Shown: one piece after another, positions 27,188 through 36,512 of the stretch
Layout of the letters: every line of letters begins with the position of its first letter
Position numbering within the stretch: the stretch's first letter is position 1
DNA from: a virus
DNA length: 49,533 nucleotides
Strand: one strand, 5' to 3'
IMG/VR virus record: IMGVR_UViG_3300042114_000112
Span: 1 to 49,533 of that record
The notes under the pieces: generated by a model
Told to the model about the DNA's origin: nothing
Databases searched by the model: none
The model's input: the letters and a program-made list of their open reading frames with translations, nothing else
Translations under genes and position numbers: made by a program

Positions 27188-27741
27188 TATGCAACTCCAA
27201 GTGTGATTTCAATGCTTACATTATGTAAGTCATTTTTTGTGTTAGCAACTGTTTTTCCATTACCAAAAGTTACACCTAAACTGTTAAATGTTCCAGTTTT
27301 ATAAACAACTGCTTTTACATCAGCTACTGAAGATGTTGAATTTACTGCATCTTCTGCTAAAACTGCAACTGTAGTTTCACTACCAGATACTGCACCTAAA
27401 TTTTTCCAATTTGTTGTGTCTGTTGCAAATGTTACAGTATCTAAGTTAATACTAGACTGAACAGTTAATGCTTGATAATAGTTTCCTACAGTACCTGTAC
27501 CAGTTGAACCTGATGCTACTGCAAAAGAAACAACTTGACCAACTGCTGTAGTTACAGTTTGTGTAGCACCTGTAGTTGTATATGAAACTGTATTACCAGT
27601 TGCATATTTACTTGTAGATGTTGCTCTACCTAGAACTGTACCTCTTACTATTGTACTATTTGCTGGAACAACAATAGTTTCAATATCACCGCCATCGTGT
27701 TCAAAACGACCACCAGCTACAAATAAGTTTTCAAAAGTCAT
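27187..27741 (-). CDS. Head decoration protein (gpD-like)
   Basis: Located between the protease/scaffold and the capsid gene. PANSTIVRGTVLGRATSTSKYA resembles the gpD-family N-terminal motif. Confidence 0.55.
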   Translation of the reverse strand: MTFENLFVAGGRFEHDGGDIETIVVPANSTIVRGTVLGRATSTSKYATGNTVSYTTTGATQTVTTAVGQVVSFAVASGSTGTGTVGNYYQALTVQSSINLDTVTFATDTTNWKNLGAVSGSETTVAVLAEDAVNSTSSVADVKAVVYKTGTFNSLGVTFGNGKTVANTKNDLHNVSIEITLGVA

Positions 27742-27751
27742 AATTTACCCC

Positions 27752-28114
27752 TTATTTAATGAATTGTACACCGAGTGCTTTTGCTCTCGCTTCAACTTCT
27801 TTTTCTTTTTTAGATGATTCGTCTTTTTTGTCTTCATCATCAACCTTAGCTCTAAAAGCACCTTTGCTTTGCATACTATCAGCAACTACTACTTTTGCAC
27901 TTATAAGGCTACCTGCCGTAACCATAGAAATCATAGTTTCTTTACTTGCATTCATAGACATACCCATAGCTACAATTTCTGGTAACTCTTTCATAAATAC
28001 ATCAAACTTTGCTTTTTCTTCTTTCAAAGAATTTTCATAAGTTGATTTTGCCGACATAACCTGCTCTTCGTGAGAAGCTACAAGTTGTTTGTATTCATCA
28101 CTATCTTTAAACAT
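27752..28114 (-). CDS. Nested in-frame scaffold protein (Nu3-like), 120 aa
   Basis: An internal ATG at 28112..28114 is preceded by AAGGAG (28120..28125) with a 5-nt spacer. It shares frame and stop with the protease, like lambda C/Nu3. Confidence 0.5.
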   Translation of the reverse strand: MFKDSDEYKQLVASHEEQVMSAKSTYENSLKEEKAKFDVFMKELPEIVAMGMSMNASKETMISMVTAGSLISAKVVVADSMQSKGAFRAKVDDEDKKDESSKKEKEVEARAKALGVQFIK

Positions 28115-28969
28115 AGTTTCTCCTTTTTGGTTTATTTCCGCAGGTTTATCGCTCATTTGAGCTGTTGGCACTGCCGTATTGACGACCAATTTTGATTTAG
28201 TTAATCTATTAATTAAAGGTTTAAAATGTAAAACTTCCTTAATAAAACCAGCCTTTTGTGCTATCTCTGCTTTTATAGTATCACCCTCATTAAAAAGCTC
28301 AACTAATGATTCTTTATTAAATCCAGTATTTTCCTCCATTACTCTAAAAAATTCATCTTCTGTTTCATTAATTTTTGATTGTATTCTATCAGCACATCCT
28401 TCATTCATATTACAAGTTTTATTTTTTGCATTTTTTGAAACGATTGTTATTGTTTTACTATCATCATCTAATTCAAAAGCTACCTTAACGCCAATAGAGC
28501 CTAAGTCTGTAACTGGTGTTGCAAATAACTCATCAGAAGCTGTAAAAACCCACATTCCACCACTAGCTCCAAGATTTTCAAATAGTGTTATTGTTTTTTT
28601 TGGAGAAGTATAAATTCTTTCTCTAACTTCATCTGCACCAGCTACAAAACCACCTGGAGTATCAACTCTAAATAAAATAGTATTTATGCTATTATCATCT
28701 TCTGCTTTATCTATATATTTTACAATAACATCATATGAAGCAACACTTATACACATAGCACTCATATTTTTCTTATACATTCCACCATCTATAGATATAA
28801 TTGCTATATCTTGAATAGTTGAATACTTAACTGAGTTATTAGCTGTTTCAATACCATCTTGAATTTTTGGTATTTCACTGTTTAATATTTCCTCTAAAGC
28901 TTTTGAAGCTGAATTTGTAAGCATCATTGGCTGACCTAGAACAAATTGCTTAAAATAATTACCTCTCAT
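27752..28969 (-). CDS. Head maturation protease, S49 (SppA/gpC) family, with C-terminal scaffold-like domain
   Basis: ILFRVDTPGGFVAGADEV and ASGGMWVFTASDELFATPVTDLGSIGV are S49 motifs. The C-terminal tail is charged and coiled. Confidence 0.8.
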   Translation of the reverse strand: MRGNYFKQFVLGQPMMLTNSASKALEEILNSEIPKIQDGIETANNSVKYSTIQDIAIISIDGGMYKKNMSAMCISVASYDVIVKYIDKAEDDNSINTILFRVDTPGGFVAGADEVRERIYTSPKKTITLFENLGASGGMWVFTASDELFATPVTDLGSIGVKVAFELDDDSKTITIVSKNAKNKTCNMNEGCADRIQSKINETEDEFFRVMEENTGFNKESLVELFNEGDTIKAEIAQKAGFIKEVLHFKPLINRLTKSKLVVNTAVPTAQMSDKPAEINQKGETMFKDSDEYKQLVASHEEQVMSAKSTYENSLKEEKAKFDVFMKELPEIVAMGMSMNASKETMISMVTAGSLISAKVVVADSMQSKGAFRAKVDDEDKKDESSKKEKEVEARAKALGVQFIK

Positions 28970-29025
28970 CGTTTTTCCTTTTCGTTTATTATATCACATT
29001 TTTCGTAATGTTCCACATAGAACAA

Positions 29026-30501
29026 TTATACATTTTTTTCATTTTCTTGCTCTTGCACTTGAAGTTCTTTTTTTGCTTGTTCGATAGCTATTTTTTCTGT
29101 ACCTTTTTGTATATATGAAAGACCAGCTTGTTCATATGCTGTTTTTCTAGCTAGTTCATACTGTACCTCATCTTGAATAACATCTAAGTAGTCTCTATTT
29201 TTATTTGCTAGTTTTTGTATTGTAGATTCTAGCCCGTACTCTATTTCTGCTCCATCTGCATTTACTTGTTTTAGTGGGTCGATATGACCTCTTATTTTTC
29301 TAGTAAGTTTTAGATAACGATTGTATTTTCTTTTATTTTGAAAGTAGTCTGGTATATCTAACTCACCAAGTATTACACCTGCTTCGATGTATTTTCTATA
29401 TACTATCTTAAATATAGAGATTATGTCTTGTCCAAAGATTGCATTTTGACTCTCTTCGTCTTGAGCTGATTTTAAAGCTGAGTTATAAGAATGTTCTGGG
29501 ATACCTGCTACACTTCCTGCTGAGTATCCTAAGCCTTTTGCTATAGTTTGTTTTGAATTTTCACTTATAGATGAAAATACTGATGTTCCACTTTTTTGTA
29601 AATCAAATACTTGTGTTCCTTCAAGTGTTACAATAGCTGAATCGTGAATGCCTGGTGTTGTATAACTTTGAAGTGCTTTTTTATACTCTTGTGCATATCT
29701 TTCTTTATCTTGTGGAAGTAAATTTTTACTCTCTAGCCATTCTCTCATAACATCAAGTATTCTGTTTGCAGCTGGAGAAGCCATAATTATAGATTTTTTA
29801 GTTCTCTCTTTTGCTCCATCTATTTCAGATGAGTTATAATCATCAAATCCATCCAATCTGCTCATAATAGCACTTAATGGAGATATATTTCCATATTGAT
29901 GTGGGTCAAGTTTTAAAATACAAAAGTCAAAGTGTGATTTTTCTACAAATACACTTTCATTTCTGCTTGGAGTAGTGTATATCCAAATACCAGTAATTTG
30001 TCCTAAGTTATTTATTTGAACACCTGAAAAAAGTCCAGTATCAAAGTTATTTTTAGTTCTATCTACTGTATCCATACTGAGAAGTTCAGGTGCAAAAAGT
30101 GTTTCAAGGCTTTCATCCCAATGGTATCTTATAATAAATCCACCTTTTATAGCTAGTTCACTTGTAGCCAATCTTTCAAGTGATTCTCTATAAAACTCTT
30201 TTGTAATGTCTGCATTTCCTTTTTCTGAACAAAACTCTAGCCACTCCTCAACTTGAATGTTTAACTCTTCATATTTTGATTTGAATTGTTGTGATAAACC
30301 TGTACCAACTACACCAGCAACTACTACTTTGTTGTAACTTGATACTAAATCGTTTGTAAGTCTAAGTGTGTTTGCCTCTTTGTTTGTTTCTGTGTAGCTT
30401 CTTCTCTTTTTTTCAGGATGTGCTGAATCTTTTAAGTATCCTTGAGTAATATTCATATTGAAAGGTGTTGATTTTTTGAAAAAGTCGCTAAAAAATCCCA
30501 T
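29026..30501 (-). CDS. Portal protein (lambda gpB-like)
   Basis: 491 aa, located between the gpW-like gene and the S49 protease. Confidence 0.75.
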   Translation of the reverse strand: MGFFSDFFKKSTPFNMNITQGYLKDSAHPEKKRRSYTETNKEANTLRLTNDLVSSYNKVVVAGVVGTGLSQQFKSKYEELNIQVEEWLEFCSEKGNADITKEFYRESLERLATSELAIKGGFIIRYHWDESLETLFAPELLSMDTVDRTKNNFDTGLFSGVQINNLGQITGIWIYTTPSRNESVFVEKSHFDFCILKLDPHQYGNISPLSAIMSRLDGFDDYNSSEIDGAKERTKKSIIMASPAANRILDVMREWLESKNLLPQDKERYAQEYKKALQSYTTPGIHDSAIVTLEGTQVFDLQKSGTSVFSSISENSKQTIAKGLGYSAGSVAGIPEHSYNSALKSAQDEESQNAIFGQDIISIFKIVYRKYIEAGVILGELDIPDYFQNKRKYNRYLKLTRKIRGHIDPLKQVNADGAEIEYGLESTIQKLANKNRDYLDVIQDEVQYELARKTAYEQAGLSYIQKGTEKIAIEQAKKELQVQEQENEKNV

Positions 30502-30502
30502 A

Positions 30503-30727
30503 TTATTGTCCTAATTTTAGGTTGTGTGTGAGAGATATTTTAATTTGTGATATTTCTCCATCTATTTTTTTTAAAGTATTGTATGCTACAGAAGCACCCT
30601 CATATACAATCTTTGTGCCATTTGAAGTATTTGATAAAATAGTACCAGATAGTGCATTTTCACGAATAGCTGTAGATAATGCTGTTCTTAAAAGTTCTAA
30701 ATCTGCAAGTTGCTCTTCTACTGTCAT
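30503..30727 (-). CDS. Head-tail joining protein gpW-like
   Basis: 74 aa immediately upstream of the portal gene. Its helix-hairpin pattern is comparable to lambda gpW. Confidence 0.5.
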   Translation of the reverse strand: MTVEEQLADLELLRTALSTAIRENALSGTILSNTSNGTKIVYEGASVAYNTLKKIDGEISQIKISLTHNLKLGQ

Positions 30728-30780
30728 ATCATACCTTAATAAATTTATTGCAAGAATTATAACTTAAAAAACTTTTAAAA

Positions 30781-31152
30781 TCAACACTGTTCTAAAATTA
30801 CTATTTCAACTCTTGGATTATCTGCATCATAAAAGTAATCCATAGAGCCACAAACATACTTATCATTAAGTGGTTTTGCAAATATTGCATCAAGTATTCC
30901 TTTAAAAACATTATCAGTATCTCCATGAGCTTTGTTCATATAAAATACTTCAATTTCTACATAATACTTTACATTTTGCTTTAATATTTGATACGGAAAT
31001 TTTTTAAATTCTTTTACAAACTCAGCAACAACTTTACTTTTCCACTCTTGATACCGTTTGTACTCTGTATCTGTCCACTTTGCTTTTTGAGTAGTTCTTT
31101 TGTATGGTACAGGGTTTCCTTTTGCCTGTACAACAAATGAGAATACTGCCAC
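30781..31152 (-). CDS. rusA: RusA-family Holliday junction resolvase
   Basis: HGDTDNVFKGILDAIF...NDKYV matches the RusA D-x-D-N-x-x-K-x-x-x-D-A-(L/I)...DD motif. Confidence 0.7.
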   Translation of the reverse strand: MAVFSFVVQAKGNPVPYKRTTQKAKWTDTEYKRYQEWKSKVVAEFVKEFKKFPYQILKQNVKYYVEIEVFYMNKAHGDTDNVFKGILDAIFAKPLNDKYVCGSMDYFYDADNPRVEIVILEQC

Positions 31153-31394
31153 TACTTATTCATCCATCCGTTTTGCTTGTTTTTTAACTGATTTTCTAAA
31201 TCAACTATGTAGCTTTTAGCTTTTTTTAGTTTATCTCTTAATCCATTAATTACTATACTTTTTGCAAGTTCAGATTCTAAATTATTTTGTTGTTCTTTTT
31301 CAAAATCATCATAAACTTTATCTATAACATCATTAACATCTAAATCAAGAGGATGATAATTTTTCCATTGTTCTTTATGTTCTTCTCTTGTCAT
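31152..31394 (-). CDS. Hypothetical coiled-coil protein (80 aa)
   Basis: Track ORF, coupled to rusA. Confidence 0.5.
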   Translation of the reverse strand: MTREEHKEQWKNYHPLDLDVNDVIDKVYDDFEKEQQNNLESELAKSIVINGLRDKLKKAKSYIVDLENQLKNKQNGWMNK

Positions 31395-31410
31395 ATTTTA
31401 TCCTTAAATT

Positions 31411-33504
31411 TTAATCAAATGGATTGAAAAGAGGTGCTTTCTCATATCCAATTCCAATATTATCAAGCGAAGCCAATGCAAATGCAGTGGAACTATTGTC
31501 AAGTTGGTCATTTCTTTTTCTTATTTGGATAAAAGTTTTATATCCTTTTGCTTTTCCATTTTTTACTTCATAGTCAAATACTTCCGCTGTAAGCATCTTT
31601 TCAAAATCAGTTTCTCTTGGATTTGCTCTATTTAGTCCTTCTTTTGCCATATCATCATTGATATAGTAAAGATTTGAAACTGATGTAGGATTTTTCCCTT
31701 CTTCTAACTGTTTAAAGTTCTCAATATTATCATTTATAGCTTGAAATAACTCTGTTTTTGCTGCCAAGTTTGATATATGAAGCACTTTGTATGTAAGTTC
31801 AGGATTTTGCTTATCTTCTATAGTTTTTAGTAAACAAATATCACCTGTTGGATTTTCTCCTCTTTTTGTAGATAACTCAAGTTCTTTATCTGTAATTCTA
31901 AGCTTTTCTTGTCCCATAGTTCCAATAAAAAAATGTTCATCTCTTTTCGCAAAACCATTTTCTCTTGCTTCTATGTTTGCTTTTACTACAAGTTCTTTGA
32001 TTGTTTCTGTTGTATTTACTCTTTGTTGGATAATATCTCCATCTGCATTTTTTTCTTCATTTTGCATATACCCTCTCATATCTACTGTAGCTCTATCTGC
32101 ATATTTATATCCACCATCTACAGTTTTCCAACTTCTAAATGCCAACTCTTTGAGAGTTTCCCACTCCATAACTTTTCCATGGTCGATAACATTAAATATT
32201 TTCCCCCACTGTACTGCAACAACCATCCACCAAAAATGGTCTCTTTGTGTATCGGCTATAAAGTAAAGTTTTGCTGTATTTTCAGGGATTATTCCTTTTG
32301 GAAGTCCATTTGTAAGTAAAAGTATGTCATTTGCTTCTCTTTTTTTGATATTTGTTTTATAAATACGATTAAAATAACCTACCCAAGTTGCTTGTAAATC
32401 TGCTATTTTATTTTTTCCGTATGTATTTTGCACTATTTTTTCAGCTATTTTACCCATATCAAACCCTTGTATGCACAAAGTATTGATGTCAAATGCTATG
32501 GATGTATAATCTTCAAGTTGTTTTTCTACTTTTTTCCAAGATGTTACAAGTCCATTTTCATCTATGATGTTTGGTTCTACTTCTATCCACTCAAATTTTT
32601 TATCAAGTATTATTTTTTTTCTTTGAGAATTGTCAATTTTATTTCCACAATGAGGACATTGAAGTTTTGTATTTTTTCTTACATAAGGAGCATATTTTGC
32701 TAGTAAAACTACATCTGGTATATGTTCTTCGTTGAGTCCAACTTCTTCTTTCCACTCTTCTACTGATGGATATACAAGTGTTTCAGGCTCAGGGTAATAA
32801 TGCTCTTTACACTCTTCACAATAAGCCCAATATTGCATTTTTACTTCTGAAATGTTGTAAAGTTGGTTTATCTCATCATCTCCACCTCTTTCAGGATGTT
32901 GAGTTGATGTAAAAAATGATAATTCACCTTTTCCCTCATAAGATTTTAGCCTCTCCATAGCTTGACCTGATTTTGATACAGGAAAATCTGCTACTTCATC
33001 GCATCCTAAAGTTTTTGCAGATGTAGATTTTACATTGTTTGTATCAACTATACTCCATACTGCACCTGCTATTTTTTTACTATAACTACTTTGATGATTA
33101 TTTTTTCCTTCATCTTCATAATTTTCAAGTTTTGCATTAATTGTATTACACCCATTTACATATACTTTTACTTTTGTGTCGTATAGTCTTTTGAGTTGAT
33201 TTCCTTTTGGAAACATTAAAATTGTATTGTCAGGGTCAGTATCTAGCCTTTTAAGTAAAGTAGATACTAGCATAAGAGTTTTTCCTACTTGCGATGCACT
33301 CATAAGAGTAATCTGTATTGTTGTAAGCTTATCTATCTCTTGAAATATTCTCTCCATATGTGGCATCTTCCAAGTGCTAAATGCCCCTTGGTCTCCACCA
33401 TCAAGAATAATCATATTTTCTTCCATCCACTCTTGCATTTTTATGAATGGTGTCCAATCTAGTACATTAAATAGTCCTTCTGGCTCAAATGGTAGTATGC
33501 TCAT
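31411..33504 (-). CDS. Terminase large subunit, GpA family
   Basis: FSTWKMPHMERIFQE...MSASQVGKTLML (Walker A), a CPHCG zinc motif, and 697 aa in length. Confidence 0.9.
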   Translation of the reverse strand: MSILPFEPEGLFNVLDWTPFIKMQEWMEENMIILDGGDQGAFSTWKMPHMERIFQEIDKLTTIQITLMSASQVGKTLMLVSTLLKRLDTDPDNTILMFPKGNQLKRLYDTKVKVYVNGCNTINAKLENYEDEGKNNHQSSYSKKIAGAVWSIVDTNNVKSTSAKTLGCDEVADFPVSKSGQAMERLKSYEGKGELSFFTSTQHPERGGDDEINQLYNISEVKMQYWAYCEECKEHYYPEPETLVYPSVEEWKEEVGLNEEHIPDVVLLAKYAPYVRKNTKLQCPHCGNKIDNSQRKKIILDKKFEWIEVEPNIIDENGLVTSWKKVEKQLEDYTSIAFDINTLCIQGFDMGKIAEKIVQNTYGKNKIADLQATWVGYFNRIYKTNIKKREANDILLLTNGLPKGIIPENTAKLYFIADTQRDHFWWMVVAVQWGKIFNVIDHGKVMEWETLKELAFRSWKTVDGGYKYADRATVDMRGYMQNEEKNADGDIIQQRVNTTETIKELVVKANIEARENGFAKRDEHFFIGTMGQEKLRITDKELELSTKRGENPTGDICLLKTIEDKQNPELTYKVLHISNLAAKTELFQAINDNIENFKQLEEGKNPTSVSNLYYINDDMAKEGLNRANPRETDFEKMLTAEVFDYEVKNGKAKGYKTFIQIRKRNDQLDNSSTAFALASLDNIGIGYEKAPLFNPFD

Positions 33505-33617
33505 AAGTAAAATTTTCTCTTAATGTAATCACTAAATTCAATGTCTATTATATTGTAAATATAAAACACAATAATAGAGACAAGCGAAAAAACAATAATA
33601 TATTCTGGTATTGTCAT
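33501..33617 (-). CDS. Small membrane peptide (38 aa)
   Basis: I translated MTIPEYIIVFSLVSIIVFYIYNIIDIEFSDYIKRKFYL. Its TGA overlaps the terminase ATG. Confidence 0.35.
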   Translation of the reverse strand: MTIPEYIIVFSLVSIIVFYIYNIIDIEFSDYIKRKFYL

Positions 33618-33629
33618 TTTCTTTTTCCT

Positions 33630-33836
33630 TTAATTATCGCTGTATTTATTTGGATGTAATCGTAAGTGTAAATTAATCAATCTATAATTAAATATAAAAG
33701 ATAACCATGGGTTACTCAATTTCAAATTTGCTTTAATTCCATATCTATTTAAACTACCATCATTTTTCCCACAATAAGGGAAGTATGTTACATAAAAACC
33801 GTATCCTAAAATAGTAATTTTTATAATTTCTTTCAT
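33630..33836 (-). CDS. Hypothetical protein (68 aa), paralog of 48676..48867
   Basis: Shares the pattern ITILGYGFYVTYF...NDG...FNYRLINLHLRLH with FTILFFGYGFSFEF...KDG...FRIRLFYVCRFIFRIH. Confidence 0.45.
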   Translation of the reverse strand: MKEIIKITILGYGFYVTYFPYCGKNDGSLNRYGIKANLKLSNPWLSFIFNYRLINLHLRLHPNKYSDN

Positions 33837-33868
33837 TTTTTCTCCTTTAATTTAATTCTATTCTTTTT

Positions 33869-34102
33869 TTACCATTTTTCTTTTATTTTCAGTTTTTTAT
33901 TCCATCTCGAAAGATGTTTTTGACTCATACATTTACCTAATTTAAAAGGGATTTCTCTAAAATAATCTACACCTGAGTTAAAATCTTCAATATTTAGTTT
34001 TCTACAAATTTCTCTGCTTTTTTTCCACCAATATCCATATCTTTTACAAACTTCTACTTCACAGTATCTACCATCATCGTTGCTAATTATTATTATTTTC
34101 AT
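33869..34102 (-). CDS. Hypothetical basic protein (77 aa)
   Basis: Track ORF between the terminase subunit genes. Confidence 0.45.
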   Translation of the reverse strand: MKIIIISNDDGRYCEVEVCKRYGYWWKKSREICRKLNIEDFNSGVDYFREIPFKLGKCMSQKHLSRWNKKLKIKEKW

Positions 34103-34129
34103 AAACAGTCACCTTTGTATAAATATATC

Positions 34130-34840
34130 TTACTCATCTAATTCCTTTATCTTTTTAGCTATATCGCTCAAAGACACACCATTCTCGTGTAAATCAATCA
34201 TAATGGCATATACTTCATGTAAATCAATATCGCTTCCTTCTTGCTGTAAAAATCTTTGAAGCTTTTGTATTTCAGTATGTATAAGTTTGTCAATAATATG
34301 ATAAAGCTCATCTTGTTTTTTCATTTCTCCATCTTTTGATATAGAAATCATCATATTTTTAAGCAAAGAGATAAACGACCTTGCAAGTGCTTTTATAGAT
34401 TCTGCTGGTTTTTCTTTTCGTACCCAGTTTTTATCGTGAGCTTTATTTTTTGCTTCTCTTTCGAGTATCTGCTCTGCTGTGTTTAGCTCATCAAGTTTAT
34501 TTTTACCAAGTGCTTGAAGTGCTTTTCTTTTTTCTGTTATAGTTAGATTGTCGTTATAAATAATATCTTCTGCTGATTTATCTTCATCGTCTATACTTTT
34601 TGGCTTACTACTGTTTCCTGATTTAACTTTGTTTATATTTTTATCTACCCAAAGTATAACATCATCTAAAATATACCAATTTCCAACTTTATTAAGTTCT
34701 TTTGGCTTTTTTTGTACTACTGGCATACCAGCAGCCTTCCATCTTCCTACTTGCTTTTCACTTTTATTAAAATATGCACATACAAAAGCTGTAGAAACAT
34801 ATAATTTTGAATTTATAAAGTAAGATTCTATAACTTCCAT
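34130..34840 (-). CDS. Terminase small subunit, Nu1-like (N-terminal wHTH)
   Basis: NKSEKQVGRWKAAGMPVV...WYILDDVILWVDKN compares with lambda Nu1 ASIRTIQNWQEQGMPVL...LYDSAAVIKWYAER (recalled). Confidence 0.65.
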   Translation of the reverse strand: MEVIESYFINSKLYVSTAFVCAYFNKSEKQVGRWKAAGMPVVQKKPKELNKVGNWYILDDVILWVDKNINKVKSGNSSKPKSIDDEDKSAEDIIYNDNLTITEKRKALQALGKNKLDELNTAEQILEREAKNKAHDKNWVRKEKPAESIKALARSFISLLKNMMISISKDGEMKKQDELYHIIDKLIHTEIQKLQRFLQQEGSDIDLHEVYAIMIDLHENGVSLSDIAKKIKELDE

Positions 34841-35187
34841 TATTTTTTCTTAGCCTCAGTAAAAGCTTTCATGCTTTTAAATAACTCAAATGTTTCATAA
34901 TCTTTTTTTGTCATAACAACAACTTCATTATTGTCACTAAACTCTTTTCCTTTTGCATTTGATACTAGCTCTTTTGCATTTTTTATAGCTATCTTCAGCA
35001 TATCAGGAGTTATATCATTCAAAACACAATAAGCACCCATATCAATAATCAAAAACTGTTTATTTTTCTTTGGATTTCTTATGTAATTTTGATATACATT
35101 ATTATTTTTTTCAGAAAAAGTAATGTTCCAACATCCTTCAATTTCTTTTAGTGTACATAAAGCTTTTTCTATTGTGTGAATATACAT
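34840..35187 (-). CDS. Hypothetical protein (115 aa), first gene of the leftward arm
   Basis: Track ORF, start/stop coupled to the Nu1-like gene. Confidence 0.5.
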   Translation of the reverse strand: MYIHTIEKALCTLKEIEGCWNITFSEKNNNVYQNYIRNPKKNKQFLIIDMGAYCVLNDITPDMLKIAIKNAKELVSNAKGKEFSDNNEVVVMTKKDYETFELFKSMKAFTEAKKK

Positions 35188-35199
35188 TTTTTACCCTAT

Positions 35200-35321
35200 T
35201 GTCCATAATGTCCATAATCACTTTAAATGATTATTGTCATTGTATGTAAAGCTAGTTTAAAAACACCTTATTTTTATGATTATTGTCATTTTATGTTTAT
35301 TGTCACAAAACCAGATGGACA
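35200..35321. repeat. Cluster of TGTCCAT / TTGTCAT motifs (candidate terminase cosB-type or operator sites)
   Basis: TGTCCATAA is tandem at 35200..35217. ATGATTATTGTCATT occurs at 35227..35241 and 35277..35291. TTTATTGTCAC is at 35296..35306. An inverted ATGGACA is at 35315..35321. Confidence 0.5.
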
Positions 35322-35336
35322 TCCAATAAAAAATTA

Positions 35337-35406
35337 GCCCGACTGAAAGTGTACGGGAGTGCATTAACCCTAGTATTTTTCCCTGTTTTGGCTGGGAGTA
35401 CCTATC
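35337..35406. other. GC-rich island in the AT-rich divergent control region (candidate cosN or structured RNA)
   Basis: GCCCGACTGAAAGTGTACGGGAGTGCATTAACCCTAG...GGCTGGGAGTACC. GGGAGT occurs twice, and GTACGGGAG is shared with the iterons at 42950 and 43019. Confidence 0.3.
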
Positions 35407-35605
35407 GTATTTTTTTCAGATAAAAAAACTTAACAAATACCGATAAAATAAGGATTTAGTGATAAAATTTTATTTTACTTTTTTCTCAAATTCTTTTTTA
35501 TTTCACTTCAAATTTATATTGTTTTAAGTTTATGTATATATAATTGTATTACTTAAAAGGTATTCAAAACATCTTTTAAAGAATAAAAAACATAAGGCGG
35601 ACAAA

Positions 35606-36166
35606 ATGGAAGATTCACTAAAAAAAAGGTTATTAGGTTTAGGTTATACGGTAATCGGTGACACTTACACAAAAGATAATAAGTTTGCTTGTATATTGTT
35701 TGATAAATTTAGCGGATATCATTTAAGCGGAGCTAATAAACCAAATAGCAGCACTGGCACTGGATGTAACTATAAAATAGGTTATGAATTTTCAAATCAC
35801 GATTTTGAGGCGGCATTAAATTATTCTTTTGTTGAATTTAATCCGCCTTTTTATAATGATATTAATGATTATTTAATTAATCATTTTAGCACTTTTTCTT
35901 TAATGGTAGAAAATCCATACAATATAAAAAGTCCTTTTGAATTATTAGAGGGTTATTTTATTTTTATATCTGATAAATATAAAAGAATAATCGTGAAAAA
36001 TCATATTTCAGCCGTTAAGTATTACGACTCAAAAAAATATTATGATAACCATAAAGCTATATTTCAAATTGTAAACGGTGATTTAATAGCCGTGAATCAT
36101 AATATAAATTTATTTGGTGATTTTTCAGTAATGGAAGATTTTAAAAACAGAATTAAAAAAGGTTAA
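35606..36166 (+). CDS. Hypothetical protein (186 aa), first gene of the rightward arm
   Basis: Track ORF with AAGGCGG upstream. Confidence 0.55.
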   Translation: MEDSLKKRLLGLGYTVIGDTYTKDNKFACILFDKFSGYHLSGANKPNSSTGTGCNYKIGYEFSNHDFEAALNYSFVEFNPPFYNDINDYLINHFSTFSLMVENPYNIKSPFELLEGYFIFISDKYKRIIVKNHISAVKYYDSKKYYDNHKAIFQIVNGDLIAVNHNINLFGDFSVMEDFKNRIKKG

Positions 36167-36257
36167 ATAAATTTTTAGGATACATTTTAAAAGTGTATCT
36201 TATAAAGTTTATTACTTTTTTGTAATAGCTTAATTAAAAAAGATTAAAGGGGATTGT

Positions 36258-36503
36258 ATGAAAAAAGATAAATGTATAAAAGTAAATGGAACTTTAAAAG
36301 TTTTAAAAAGATTAAATAGTAGTGTAAACGGTAACCCTAGATTTTTAGTTATGATTGATGATGTTGTTATAACTACTAAAAGCGATTATTCTTATTGCTA
36401 TAATATTGAGAATTTAAAAAATAAAGGTTGTATTTGTGAGGCTTTCTATTATGAAACTAAAGCAGGTAATGCAATGCTTGAAGATATAAGCGAAATCAAA
36501 TAA
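36258..36503 (+). CDS. Hypothetical protein (81 aa)
   Basis: Track ORF with AAAGGGG upstream. Confidence 0.5.
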   Translation: MKKDKCIKVNGTLKVLKRLNSSVNGNPRFLVMIDDVVITTKSDYSYCYNIENLKNKGCICEAFYYETKAGNAMLEDISEIK

Positions 36504-36512
36504 ATTTTAAGA

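Noticed and set aside
35337-35406. tRNA or suppressor tRNA in the GC-rich islands (also 7040..7090 and 42182..42363).
   Set aside because: I could not fold any of them into a cloverleaf: there is no GTTCRA T-loop with a matching acceptor stem. 42210..42244 is a simple terminator hairpin. A tRNAscan-type run would be the decisive check.
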